Of a stretch of 64,000 bases of DNA, positions 1 to 10,068 are shown piece by piece. The notes beneath the pieces were generated by a model, which was given only the letters and a program-made list of their open reading frames with translations, was not told the DNA's origin and ran no database searches. Numbering within the stretch: position 1 is the first letter of the stretch; every line of letters starts with the position of its first letter. Source of the DNA: Heterodontus francisci (taxonomy: Eukaryota); contig NC_090378.1 of the NCBI RefSeq assembly GCF_036365525.1, positions 98,576,116 through 98,640,115 on the forward strand, given 5' to 3'. Both the position numbers and the translations under genes were made by a program.

Positions 1-799
1 AATCTGAAGATTCCCGATGCCCCACCAAGATGCTGCAATTTAAAACAGATATCCAGCTTGGTGCCAGTACTCAAGCAAATGGCAGTCCTAATTTCTTCAG
101 CTGACAACAAAAGGTGAATTAATACATTTAACCAATGCAAACAAAGCCAAGTATCAAAAAACCTTTGCCTTCAAACTTTAGTACTCAGATCCCAACTGCA
201 TTGGTGTAACCAGTCCCAAACGTTGTAAGTGTTTAATTCAAAGCTACTGTGTTGGCATTCTATTGGAGCCAATCTGGGAGTGTAATAGATTTGGAAATAT
301 AGCTTAAAGCAGTATCTGAAAAAAATTGACGTTTCAAAATTTAAATGAATTATGCTAATAGACCCAACAAGACCATATAGATAATGGGAGATGGCAATGG
401 TTTACAGCAGAAACTAAAACCACATTAGATTAAACACCACTTCAAGTAAACTTTGTAGTTCTTGTACAAAAACAAAGGAGGTTGTTTGGAAAGGCATGTG
501 GCTCTTGATCGTCATTCCAGTAAGTGGAAGTGGAGGAAAAAAGTTAACAGATGGCAAGAGAAGGGAAAGGAACGAGTGCAGCCCTATTAGCTTCATTCAA
601 GACATGATCAACAATGCAATGGCAGTAATCCATTAACAGCAGTACTGATAAAGCAGCATCAACTTTTATTAATGCTTCCAAGAGACATCAGAACGACTGC
701 AAGTTATCAGCATAGCCAAATAGCACATTAATCCCCTCCTCTTGTAGCAAAGCAGGGGATTAACCGGCTGAAATAAAGAGAGAAAGCTAAATGACCATA

Positions 800-910
800 T
801 TTATGAAAAGGTCACAGACCCCTCTCCACAGATGCTGCCCGACCTGAGTATTTCCAGCATTTTCTGGTTTTTAAATTTCAGATTTCCAGAATCTGCATAT
901 TTTGCTTTTG
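800..910 (+). mobile_element. Degenerate Penelope-derived terminal fragment
   Basis: ctctccacagatgctg..gacctgagtatttccagcatttt..tttcagatttccag matches 44850-44945 and the 59.3-59.5 kb element. Confidence 0.7.
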
Positions 911-1921
911 AATTGGGTGTGACTATTTGTAATCTTCCCAATCACCCTTAGCTCTGCCAAGATATGAAAGCCAGCAACAATGTTAAAATTAAGCATTTTA
1001 GCATTCTATTTGGACAAAAGAAAATTTGGAGCAGAATACACATTTAGTCATTTCCTAAATGGCAGTTACCTACAGTCACAAAAAAGGAGGAGTTGAGTTT
1101 GCTCCAGGCACTAAAACATTTCTTCTGCTGTATCAGTTCAAATTGAACTCAATAAACCTCAAGACTCCTGTGTTTCAAGTCAGCTTTGATTCCTATAAAT
1201 CTCAGTGGCTTAATCCCACTGCTCACAAATTGCTAAAAAAAGTATAAGATTACAGAAGCATATTTTTCTTCTGTTGTTCACAATCACACATCAATCCAAT
1301 TATCTCCTATATTGCTCGAATGGACCATATCACTCAAGTGCCAGCTAGAACACTTAGTTCTCTGCTATATCACGTGGGGCTGCTCCAGCTGAGACTCTTC
1401 CTGTGCATGTATTGCCTAATACATTCAGCACATGGTCTGCAGGCAATCAAGTTCCCTAGGATCGTCAAGACCTATAATCAACTCCAAGCAGATATTTCTT
1501 TTATTTTAACAAACTACCACTGGAATACAAAATATGAACGATACACAGATGTATCTAACAATGGAATTCAACAAGGTAGAACTTCACTATTCCTGTTAGC
1601 TGCAGTTGAAACCAATGATTTTTGCAGCAGCAATTGTTCAACTTCCCAGCAGTTGCCTATGCAACAAGTCCCTCTGCTCCAAAAGTAACTCATCGCTTTG
1701 TGACAGGTCAATGATGGGATTTTAAATTAATACTTAGTTATGACGGGTTATCAAAGCAGCAAGTTCATATACTGTACACTACTTTGCTGTACTCCCCCTC
1801 CAAATGAAATCCCCAACAGGCTTAAAGCCTGCATAGGAATTTAATAACTTTATAACAGAGTTCCCCTGATGAGTGAAGAACCACTGAAGGCAAGTGGGCT
1901 GAAATGTCTCTCTCTGCCACC

Positions 1922-2951
1922 CTATGACTCGTGGTGTTCCGCAGGGATCAGTGCTGGGACTTTTGCCATTTGTAGTATATATATATATATATATAAATGA
2001 TTTGGAGGAAAATGTAGCTGGTCTGATTAGTAAGTTTGCAGACGACATAAAGGTTGGTGGAGTTGCGGATAGTGATGAGGATTGTCAGAGGATACAGGAG
2101 GATATAGATCGGTTGGAGACTTGGGCGGAGAAATGGCAGATGGAGTTTTATCTGGACAAATGTGAGGTAATGCATTTTGGAAGGTCTAATGCAGGTGGGA
2201 TGTCTACAGTAAATGGCAGAACCCTTAGGAGTATTGACAGGCAGAGAGATCTGGGTGTACAGGTCCACAGGTCACTGAAAGTGGCAATGCAGGTGGATAA
2301 GATAGTCAAGAAGGCAAACGGCATGCTTGCCTTCATCAGTCGGGGCATAGAGTATAAAAATTGGCAAGTCATGCTGCAGCTGTACAGAACTTTAGTTAGG
2401 CCACACTTAGAATATTGCATGCAATTCTGGTTGCCACACTACCAGAAGGACATAGAGGCTTTGGAGGGGGTACAGAAGAGGTTTACTAGGATGTTGCCTA
2501 GTCTGGAGGGCATTTGCTATGTGGAGAGGTTGGATAAACTCAGATTGTTTTCACTGGAACGACGGAGGTGGAGGGGTGACATGATAGAGGTTTACAAAGT
2601 TATGAGCGGCATGGATAGAGTGAATAGTCAGAAGCTTTTTCCCAGGATGGAAGAGTCAGTTACTAGAGGACATGGGTTTAAGGTGCGAGGGGCAAAATTT
2701 AGAGTGGATGTGCGAGGCAAGTTCTTTACACCGAGGGTGGTGAGTGCCTGGAACTTGCTGCCGGGGGAGGTGGTGGAAGCAAGTACGATAGTGACTTAAG
2801 AGGCATCTTGACAAATACATGAATAGGATGGGAATAGAGGGATACGGTCTTCAGAAGTGCAGAAGGTTTTAGTTTAGGCAGGCATCAAGATTGGCGCAGG
2901 CTTTGAGGGCCGAATGGCCTGTTCCTGTGCTGTACTGTTCTTTGTTCTTTG
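1922..2951 (+). mobile_element. 5'-truncated CR1 LINE (RT C-terminal part) with (TTCTTTG)n tail
   Basis: ORF 1924-2799 contains PQGSVLG and FADD; near-identical to 30212-31224 and to the minus copy at 38123-38648. Confidence 0.93.
1976..1995. repeat. (TA)10 microsatellite inside the CR1
   Basis: Read directly; the sister copy near 30266 has only (TA)4. Confidence 0.9.
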
Positions 2952-2967
2952 TACACTGTCGGAGGTT

Positions 2968-3313
2968 ATATTTTATTTTTTAATTTTACTTAGTGATACA
3001 GCACTGAAACAGGCCCTTCGGCCCACCGAGTCTGTACCGACCAACAACCACCCATTTATACTAATCCTGCATTAACCCCATATTCACTATCCGATCCCCA
3101 CCATTCTCCTACCACCTACCTACACTAGGGACAATTTACAATGGCCAATTTACCCATCAACCTGCAAGTCTTTGGCTGTGGGAGGAAACCGGAGCACCCG
3201 GTGGAAACCCACGCAGACACAGGGAGAACTTGCAAACTCCGCACAGGCAGTACCCAGAACTGAACCCAGGTCGCTGGAGCTGTGAGGCTGCGGTGCTAAC
3301 CACTGCGCCACCC
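2968..3313 (-). mobile_element. tRNA-derived V-SINE (HE1-like)
   Basis: Reverse strand starts gggtggcgcagtggttagcacc (A box) ..gggttcagttc (B box), then a V-domain-like ggagtttgcaagttctccc..gggtttcc and a CR1-like 3' tail gtgggccgaagggcctgtttcagtgctgt. Confidence 0.85.
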
Positions 3314-3590
3314 TGATATCTTTCAGGCGATATTATAAATAGCGGCTCTGTCTCAGAGATGAGCATAAAAGATCCGGAGAGAAGGGTAGTTCTCCAGGTG
3401 AATATTTATCCCATAACCATCACTAACCATATCTACTCATTATCTCATTTGTTTGTGGCACAAATTGATTGCCACATTTCCTACAGTACAACAGTGACTA
3501 CACTTCCAAAAAAAGTCCTTCATTGGCTGTGAAAGACTTTGTATATGCAAAAGGATGTGAACGATGCCATATTAATGCAAGTTTTTCCTT
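3314..3590 (+). mobile_element. Degenerate Deu-type SINE (SacSINE1/AmnSINE-like), interrupted by the HE1-like SINE
   Basis: ..acaacagtgactacacttc..cattggctgtgaaagactttg..attaatgcaagt tail; similar to 55830-56150 and 57050-57335. Confidence 0.55.
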
Positions 3591-3849
3591 TTCAGAAATC
3601 AGATTGATCCATCTTTCCAACGTGCTGCAAGGACTGTATGTAGAATTTGGTTATGGTAGTTTAAAAAAGAAATCCTGCCAATTTCACTCCTCCTTCAACC
3701 CGACTACCTCACATTCCAGGACACCACAACCAACTACCTTGACAGCACACATCAGGGCAATCAATCACAGGGGTATCACAGCCAAACCAGATTCAGATCT
3801 TACCTTGACCCCAACATCCACAGACACACAGCTCCGGGAAGAGTCATTG

Positions 3850-4200
3850 GATTGGATTAGATCAAGGTGCTTAAAATGCTAAAAGGATTCAATAGGGTAG
3901 ATACTGAGATTTTCTCTCGTGGGGGAAATCCCCAACAAGAGGTTTTAATCTTAAAATTAGAGCTAGGCGATTCAGGAGCGAGATCAGGAAGCACTTTTTT
4001 CACACAATGGGTGGTAGAAATTTGGAGCTCTTTCTTTTCTAGAGGTAGTGAATGGTGGACAATTGGAGTTTTCAAGATCAGGGTAGTTAGATGTGTTAGG
4101 TAAGGGTCTCAAGGGATAGGAACCGAAGATGGGTAAAATGGAGTTGTGGTGCAGATCAGCCATGTTCTAGTTAAATGGCTGAATAGCCTGGTCCTGTTTT
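3850..4200 (+). mobile_element. Old CR1 3' fragment
   Basis: LKGFNRVD..FFTQWVVEIW homology and a CR1-type 3'UTR (cagatcagccatg..). Confidence 0.7.
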
Positions 4201-6879
4201 TATCCTGACTGATATTCCCCACTAACACAGAATCACAGGTCAGTCGGAGTGCCTATTGAACTGTCTGGAGCAGCTACAAATCAGCACAGCCCAGAAACCT
4301 CCAGCCCTTAACTTACTTACAACTTAACCGTCACAGCTGCAAACTTAGGGAACACAGATGTTTCTCCACCCTAGATTGAGTGTTGAAAATACCAATGAGC
4401 CAGAGATTTGTCAAATGTCCAAAAATATATATTTCTCCTCATCAGAACAGGTTATGGACTCATCTTCTAGTCCTTAAACATTACTGACTCCCTTCCTCTT
4501 TAAAAAGAAAACTTGCCATGGTTCCAGCAACAGGCACCATAGAGGGAAAATATTTGCAGGCAACCACACAAGCCAACACATGTGTTGCTCCATTATCCAC
4601 TCGCACTTGAAAACTAAAAATAAATCTATACCTTCTCCACAGAAAGGCCACCTTTTATTTAAAACAATAGTAATCCAAAAGGGCAAAATATGTATAAATT
4701 CACACTTAGTGTTGGTACAGTACTGACGTTGAGTGTTAATAGGAGTTTAATTACGCTGTTAAAGATACAAAGGTGAAAGGCATTGTTTAATTCAGGACTT
4801 AGAGCAGATATAAAGAGAGCCTGCTGGGACGCAGGCGAGCAGGGAGAAGGCACATTCATGTAATGCTGCATTCTGTGAATAAACTAAAAAAAAAAATCTG
4901 CATCTAGCTGCATTCTTTATCATTTGGCTTGGATCCATACAACAGTGAGGTTCCATTAATGATATTCAACAATACAACTCAAAGAACTACACCAACAAGT
5001 GTAGGCATTTTAAGGTTATTTTGGTTATATTTCTGATGCGAGCCAAGTATTCCTACATTTGATATAGTGGTCAGGTGATTATAAAATGGAATAGCAAGAG
5101 TTGTGAGGCACCTCATGTTCTGCATCAAAGGAATCTGATCTCTATTGTACTCTCTGGAATGTCAACTTTAGACATGGAATAAGCAGAGACGCTAAGTCCA
5201 GATTCCTGACATGACATAATTTAACAAACAAGTCAAAGATCAACCGTTGGAAATCTTCAAACAGGAGATAGAGTGCACAAAATAAATACATTCCTAGAAG
5301 GCTAAAAAGTGGCACATTAAAGAATAGAGTTCCATGGATAAATAGTGAGAGAATAAAGGTAAACGCAAGATAAAAATCAGGGCTCTTAATACTAAAAAGA
5401 GAATAGCAAAGACATTAAAAATTAAAAGGAATGGAACTGGGTGGTGTGGTGGCTGCTGACTCTCTGCATATCTTTAAGAGGCACCTGAACCAGTTCTTGA
5501 CTGGGAACGAGATCACCTCCTAAAGAAGGCATGTGTCTTTTATACTAACACTTGGCCCAAGTGGTCTCGTCAACTAGTTTTGATCACCGGAGGGTAGGAG
5601 GGATTTTCCAGATTTTTTTTTTCCTTGATGCCCATGATTCTTTTGCCTCCCCTACTAGATTACATGTCTGGAAAAGGTGGTGGGTTAGGGAAGAAGTGTC
5701 TCGTCATGATTCTCTTGCCATCGTGGTCTGGGGCAGACTTGAGGGACCAGCTTGTCTTTACTTGTCCCTTAATCTTTTGTGTTTGTAGAGTTATCCAACC
5801 TGGATGACGTAGTGAAATAAATCTGAAGTAGTCATGTATTCCCTATATTGTAACCACAATCATCCTGTCGTCTGTTACCCAAGACATGCAGGATTACTGG
5901 AATCCTCCTTGCTCAATATTGTACATCTTCAGGTCCAACACTGCTCATTACTTTACTAAATTACACTTTCACGTGATTGAACAATGCCACCAAAAAGCTG
6001 TAGCCAACATCAGTAATCGATTCAAAACTAGCTGCAGTAATGATTTGCTGGACTACAAGACACTTTTCTCTTTGGGGGTGGAGGGGGGGGGGGGGGGGAA
6101 TAAAAAAAGCCTAAAATTAACGCGTCTTATGGTCAGAACGTCACCCTGTTGCACAAATCATTAGCATGTGTTGGAGTTACACATACGTACTGGGAGTTGC
6201 CATGAACCCAATTGGTATAAGACAAAAAGACTTTCTTATACTGTAGGATTCAAACTGGAAGAGGTAAGGTATGCCAAAAGAGTGTGTGGAAATAGAGTGA
6301 CTGAAGGACATTTTGGTTTGCCTGTAACTGAGAAAATGATATAGGAATGGAAAAAGAACTGGTGAAAATAGAAAAGAGCAAGCACACTTTGTGGGCATGC
6401 TGCAAAATGGCCACAGCTGGAACAGGTGCAAAAACCATGGTTGGTTTTTTTCTATAATGGTCAATGTTAGCAGTTAAACTTCACGCTGAATTGTTGCTAT
6501 TGTTCTGTTTAATATTAAACACCTACATGCGCTGAAATCTTTTCCCCAGATGTTTCTTTTTACAACCCTCGTGTCTTATGGTTCAGTGCATCTTAAAGTC
6601 CACCAAAAATTACCTATAATAAAATTCTTGCAAATAGCACACGTCTCAATCTCATCACTTCCCATCACACTTCAGCAAATCCATTGACTCACCATGAGCA
6701 ACAGGAGATTGGTTGCGACATTTTAATACTAAAGCCAAAAGGCCAAGCAGGATAACAATGGAGGAATTGAAAACTTCAACTGAAGATGAAACCTACTCAA
6801 ACCTTTGTTCTCACTATTTCTTCGAATCCCTTAATTTGAGTAGTCCTCATAATGGCCTGTCTCATGTTCTCCTTGACTA

Positions 6880-7752
6880 TAAGCGTCAAGAAAACTATGG
6901 TCATCGGACAAAGTGTTGCATCTCCACCCGATAACACTGAGTAACAACCCACTGGAAGTGGTGATCAAATTCTGCTACCTTGGAGCCATGGTGATAGACA
7001 ATCTGCCCCTTGATGCAGAGCTCAATATACGCATAGAAAAAGCAGCTACCGCCTTTGGCCGACTTGTTAAACATGCATGGGATAACACCAAGCTGTCCCT
7101 TAGGACCAAGGTGATTGTTTATAAGGCCGGTGTTCTCAGCACCTTGCTGTATGGCTGTGAAACATTGGAAAAAAAAACAAATTTCCATCTTCGCTGTCTG
7201 CAACACATTACGGATATATCCTGGCAGGACAAAATCACAAATGCGGCAGTCCTCTCAAAGGCAGAGCTCCCAATTGCGTTGGCACTAATCAAACAGAGGT
7301 GGCTTCGGTGGATCGGATACGTCTGCAGGATGGAAGACTATCACATACTCAAGGACCTTCTGTATGGTGAGGTAGCCAGGGCCAGACAGCCAGTGGGGCG
7401 CCCAATGCTCCACTTCAAGGATGCTTACAAGCGTGACATGAAGGCTCTAAATATCGACCATCGCACCTGGGAGTCATTAACTGGGGAAAGAGGGAAATGG
7501 TGACATATCCTCTGGACTGGCATGAACTACCATGATGACCAGTGGCTCCAGCAGCTTGGCAACAGGCACCAAAGCTGAAAACAACAGCTCATAGTATCAC
7601 TTGGCAGCTTCACATGTGGCACTTGTGGTAGAATCTGCCTCTTCAGGTTGGCCTTCACAGCTATCAGCAAAGGTGCATGAAGAGAAGACACCCCACTTAA
7701 ATGGATTGTTTGCTGCATGTCCATCATCTTTTGTAGATGGAAGGATGCCAAC
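6880..7752 (+). mobile_element. RTE-clade LINE 3' fragment
   Basis: ORF 6913-7503: FCYLG..RIEKAATAFGRL..W..KLSLRTKVIVYKAGVLSTLLYGCET..WLRWIGYVCRM..LLYGE; C-terminal CGTCGRIC knuckle near 7615. Confidence 0.85.
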
Positions 7753-9127
7753 CACACAACCTTTGTAACTGGCAGCCAGCCAGCTATAACATTTAAAAAT
7801 ACACTGTTTTCAACAAAGTTCACTGAATAATATATAGCATTTGGTTTGTCATTCTAGTTTTGAAATATTCAATGATTCAAGCATTTGCAGCACTGTGGTC
7901 TTAACAATGATGATTAAATTATGTTAAGTAAACCTGTCAGAAATGTAAGGAATGCGAGCTCTATACATGACGAACTGTATCCTAGCACAAAGTCTCAACA
8001 CTATTGCCATGGAATCAGTTATCCATTCCCCTTGCTTACATGAAACAAAGCTGCCCCACCCTCACGAAGCTTCCCAGCAAAATGGACAGTATCACAGCTG
8101 AAAGAGAAATATGTTCATAAGATATACTGTAGATTTACACCAACTGAAGTCCAGCATTTGGAATAAACTTCACATTTCAGATGAATCAGACAACAAAGAG
8201 CCAGGAAAGTAAAATCGATGAAGCTGAGCTGGGTCTCCTAGTAACAGGTAAACACTTGCAATATATTACACAGTTGCTGGAGAATGTAGATTTTCACCTT
8301 CAAATCTAAGCTGATCATTCTGACACTATACTTAGCAGTTTTAGATCAAAATGGATTTGCAAATATTTATGAATACTCAGCTTCATAGCTGCACTCAAGA
8401 TTCAAAACATGGAGTAATATTTGTGCAGCACAACTGATATGAATTCTGGAAATAAAGCATCAGATATTTACATTTGTTTTTCATATTTTGCATTTCAATG
8501 CTGGAACTTTGTCTTCAAAATTCCAGTTGACAAAACTACTTCCTGTTGCTACTGCATGTAAAACCTTTGCACTTGTGGATGCAAGTCTGCATTTAAGAAT
8601 GACGCTCCATTGATCACTTATTAAACTCTCTCAATGGAGGTGAACCCAAGGTTGCTAAATTTTGATTATACATATTCCTAGGTTTCACATGACTGACTGC
8701 CTTCAACCACCCCAACTAGTTAAACAGCTTCTCATCCCCTTCAATGTCCTTTGTGTCAAGGGACAGCAAAATCAGAGGGGGGGGAGGAAAAAGAGAGAGG
8801 GGGAAATCAGCCTAAATTAGGACACATGAAATAGTTTAATCGCCTGCTGACATTTAATGTGCAGGCTCACAGGTGAATAAAAAAGGTCACTTGGGCAACA
8901 TACCAAAGTACAACTGGAACACATCGAAGCTAAACCTACTGAAAGGAGCCAAAACATTAAAGAGGCAGAGAGGAAGGGGAAAAAAATTTAAAAAATAAAG
9001 TTGCAACCCATCTAAAATAGTCAGATTGAAATCATGGAGACTTTTAAATAACATTTTATCTCAATCTAATCATATGCAAAATGCAAAGGATATAATGGGT
9101 TCATTATGTGTCATTTTCTGCTTCTAG

Positions 9128-9414
9128 CTCATTTCCCGGCGGAGCAGCAGGAGAAGGTAGCGACTCTTCGGTGGGTGAGTGAAGGCATCAGGAGCTGTGT
9201 TTTAAAAGTAAGTACTTACTGTTTTACTTACTGTTTTCCTTGTCTTTGAGTTTCTTTTGGCGCCGGAGGAACCGGAAGCTGGTCGGCAGCGAGGACTCCT
9301 GGGTAGGTATTTTCCTTAAAGGTGCGGAGCTCCGTGGACTCGGCCTCATTTCCCGGCGGAGCAGCAGGAGAAGGTAGCGACTCTTCGGTGGGTGAGTGAA
9401 GGCATCAGGAGCTG
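9128..9414 (+). repeat. 70-bp direct repeat (9128-9197 and 9345-9414, period 217 bp) in the CR1 5'UTR
   Basis: ctcatttcccggcggagcagcaggagaaggtagcgactcttcggtgggtgagtgaaggcatcaggagctg occurs twice, identical. Confidence 0.95.
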
Positions 9415-9988
9415 CAGTGACCGGGCCTCTGGCACGGGGTCCTGCACTGTGGCTCAGAAGGGAAGGAGGGAGAATGGGAGAGCACTAGTCATCGGGGACT
9501 CGATGGTGAGGAGTACGGACAGGCGGTTCTGTGGGCGCAGGCGAGACGCACGGATGGTTTGTTGCCTCCCTGGTGCCAGGGTCCGTGATGTTTGTGATCG
9601 CGTCTTCAGGATCCTTAAAGGGGAGGGGGAGCAGCCAGAGGTCGTGGTGCACATTGGCACCAACGACGTAGGAAGGAAGGGTGGCACAGATGTTAGAAGT
9701 GAGTTTAGGGAGTTAGGCTGGAAGCTGAAAGCTCGGACGGACAGAGTTGTTATCTCTGGTTTGTTGCCGGCGCCACGTGATAGTGAGGCTAGGAATAGGG
9801 AGAGAGCACAGCTGAACACGTGGCTGCAGGAATGGTGTAGGAGGGAGGGCTTCCAGTTCTTGGATAATTGGACTGCATTCTGGGGAAGATGGGACCTGTT
9901 CAAACAGGACGGGCTGCATCTGAACCAGAGGGGCACCAATATCCTGGGAGGGAGGTTTGCTAGTACTGTTCGGGAGGGTTTAAACTAG
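9392..9988 (+). CDS. CR1 ORF1 esterase (SGNH hydrolase) domain; N-terminus missing
   Basis: VIGDS, CLPGA, VHIGTND and DGLHLN blocks. No ATG precedes the GDS motif, and the zinc-finger/coiled-coil region seen at 16286 is absent. Confidence 0.85.
   Translation: MSEGIRSCSDRASGTGSCTVAQKGRRENGRALVIGDSMVRSTDRRFCGRRRDARMVCCLPGARVRDVCDRVFRILKGEGEQPEVVVHIGTNDVGRKGGTDVRSEFRELGWKLKARTDRVVISGLLPAPRDSEARNRERAQLNTWLQEWCRREGFQFLDNWTAFWGRWDLFKQDGLHLNQRGTNILGGRFASTVREGLN
9976..9988 (+). promoter_or_regulatory. Putative -1 ribosomal frameshift site G_GGT_TTA_AAC_TAG at the CR1 ORF1/ORF2 overlap
   Basis: X_XXY_YYZ heptamers phased in the ORF1 frame, ORF2 open in the -1 frame, and the same heptamer at 17199-17205 in another CR1 family. 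Confidence 0.55.
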
Positions 9989-10068
9989 TTTGGGAGGGGG
10001 ATGGGAACCGGACTTGTAATCCAGGGACCAGTGGGTCCACTCAGAAAGACAAAGAGTGTAGTGAGGTA

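Noticed and set aside
1320-1688. 122-aa ATG-initiated ORF in unique sequence
   Set aside because: No recognisable homology or exon structure; length is compatible with chance.
2968-3313. tRNA gene
   Set aside because: The A/B boxes belong to a SINE head that continues into a V-domain and LINE-like tail; no complete cloverleaf.
9128-9414. Direct repeats as a CRISPR array or LTR pair
   Set aside because: Eukaryotic context, only two units, no TG..CA ends; they lie in a LINE 5'UTR.
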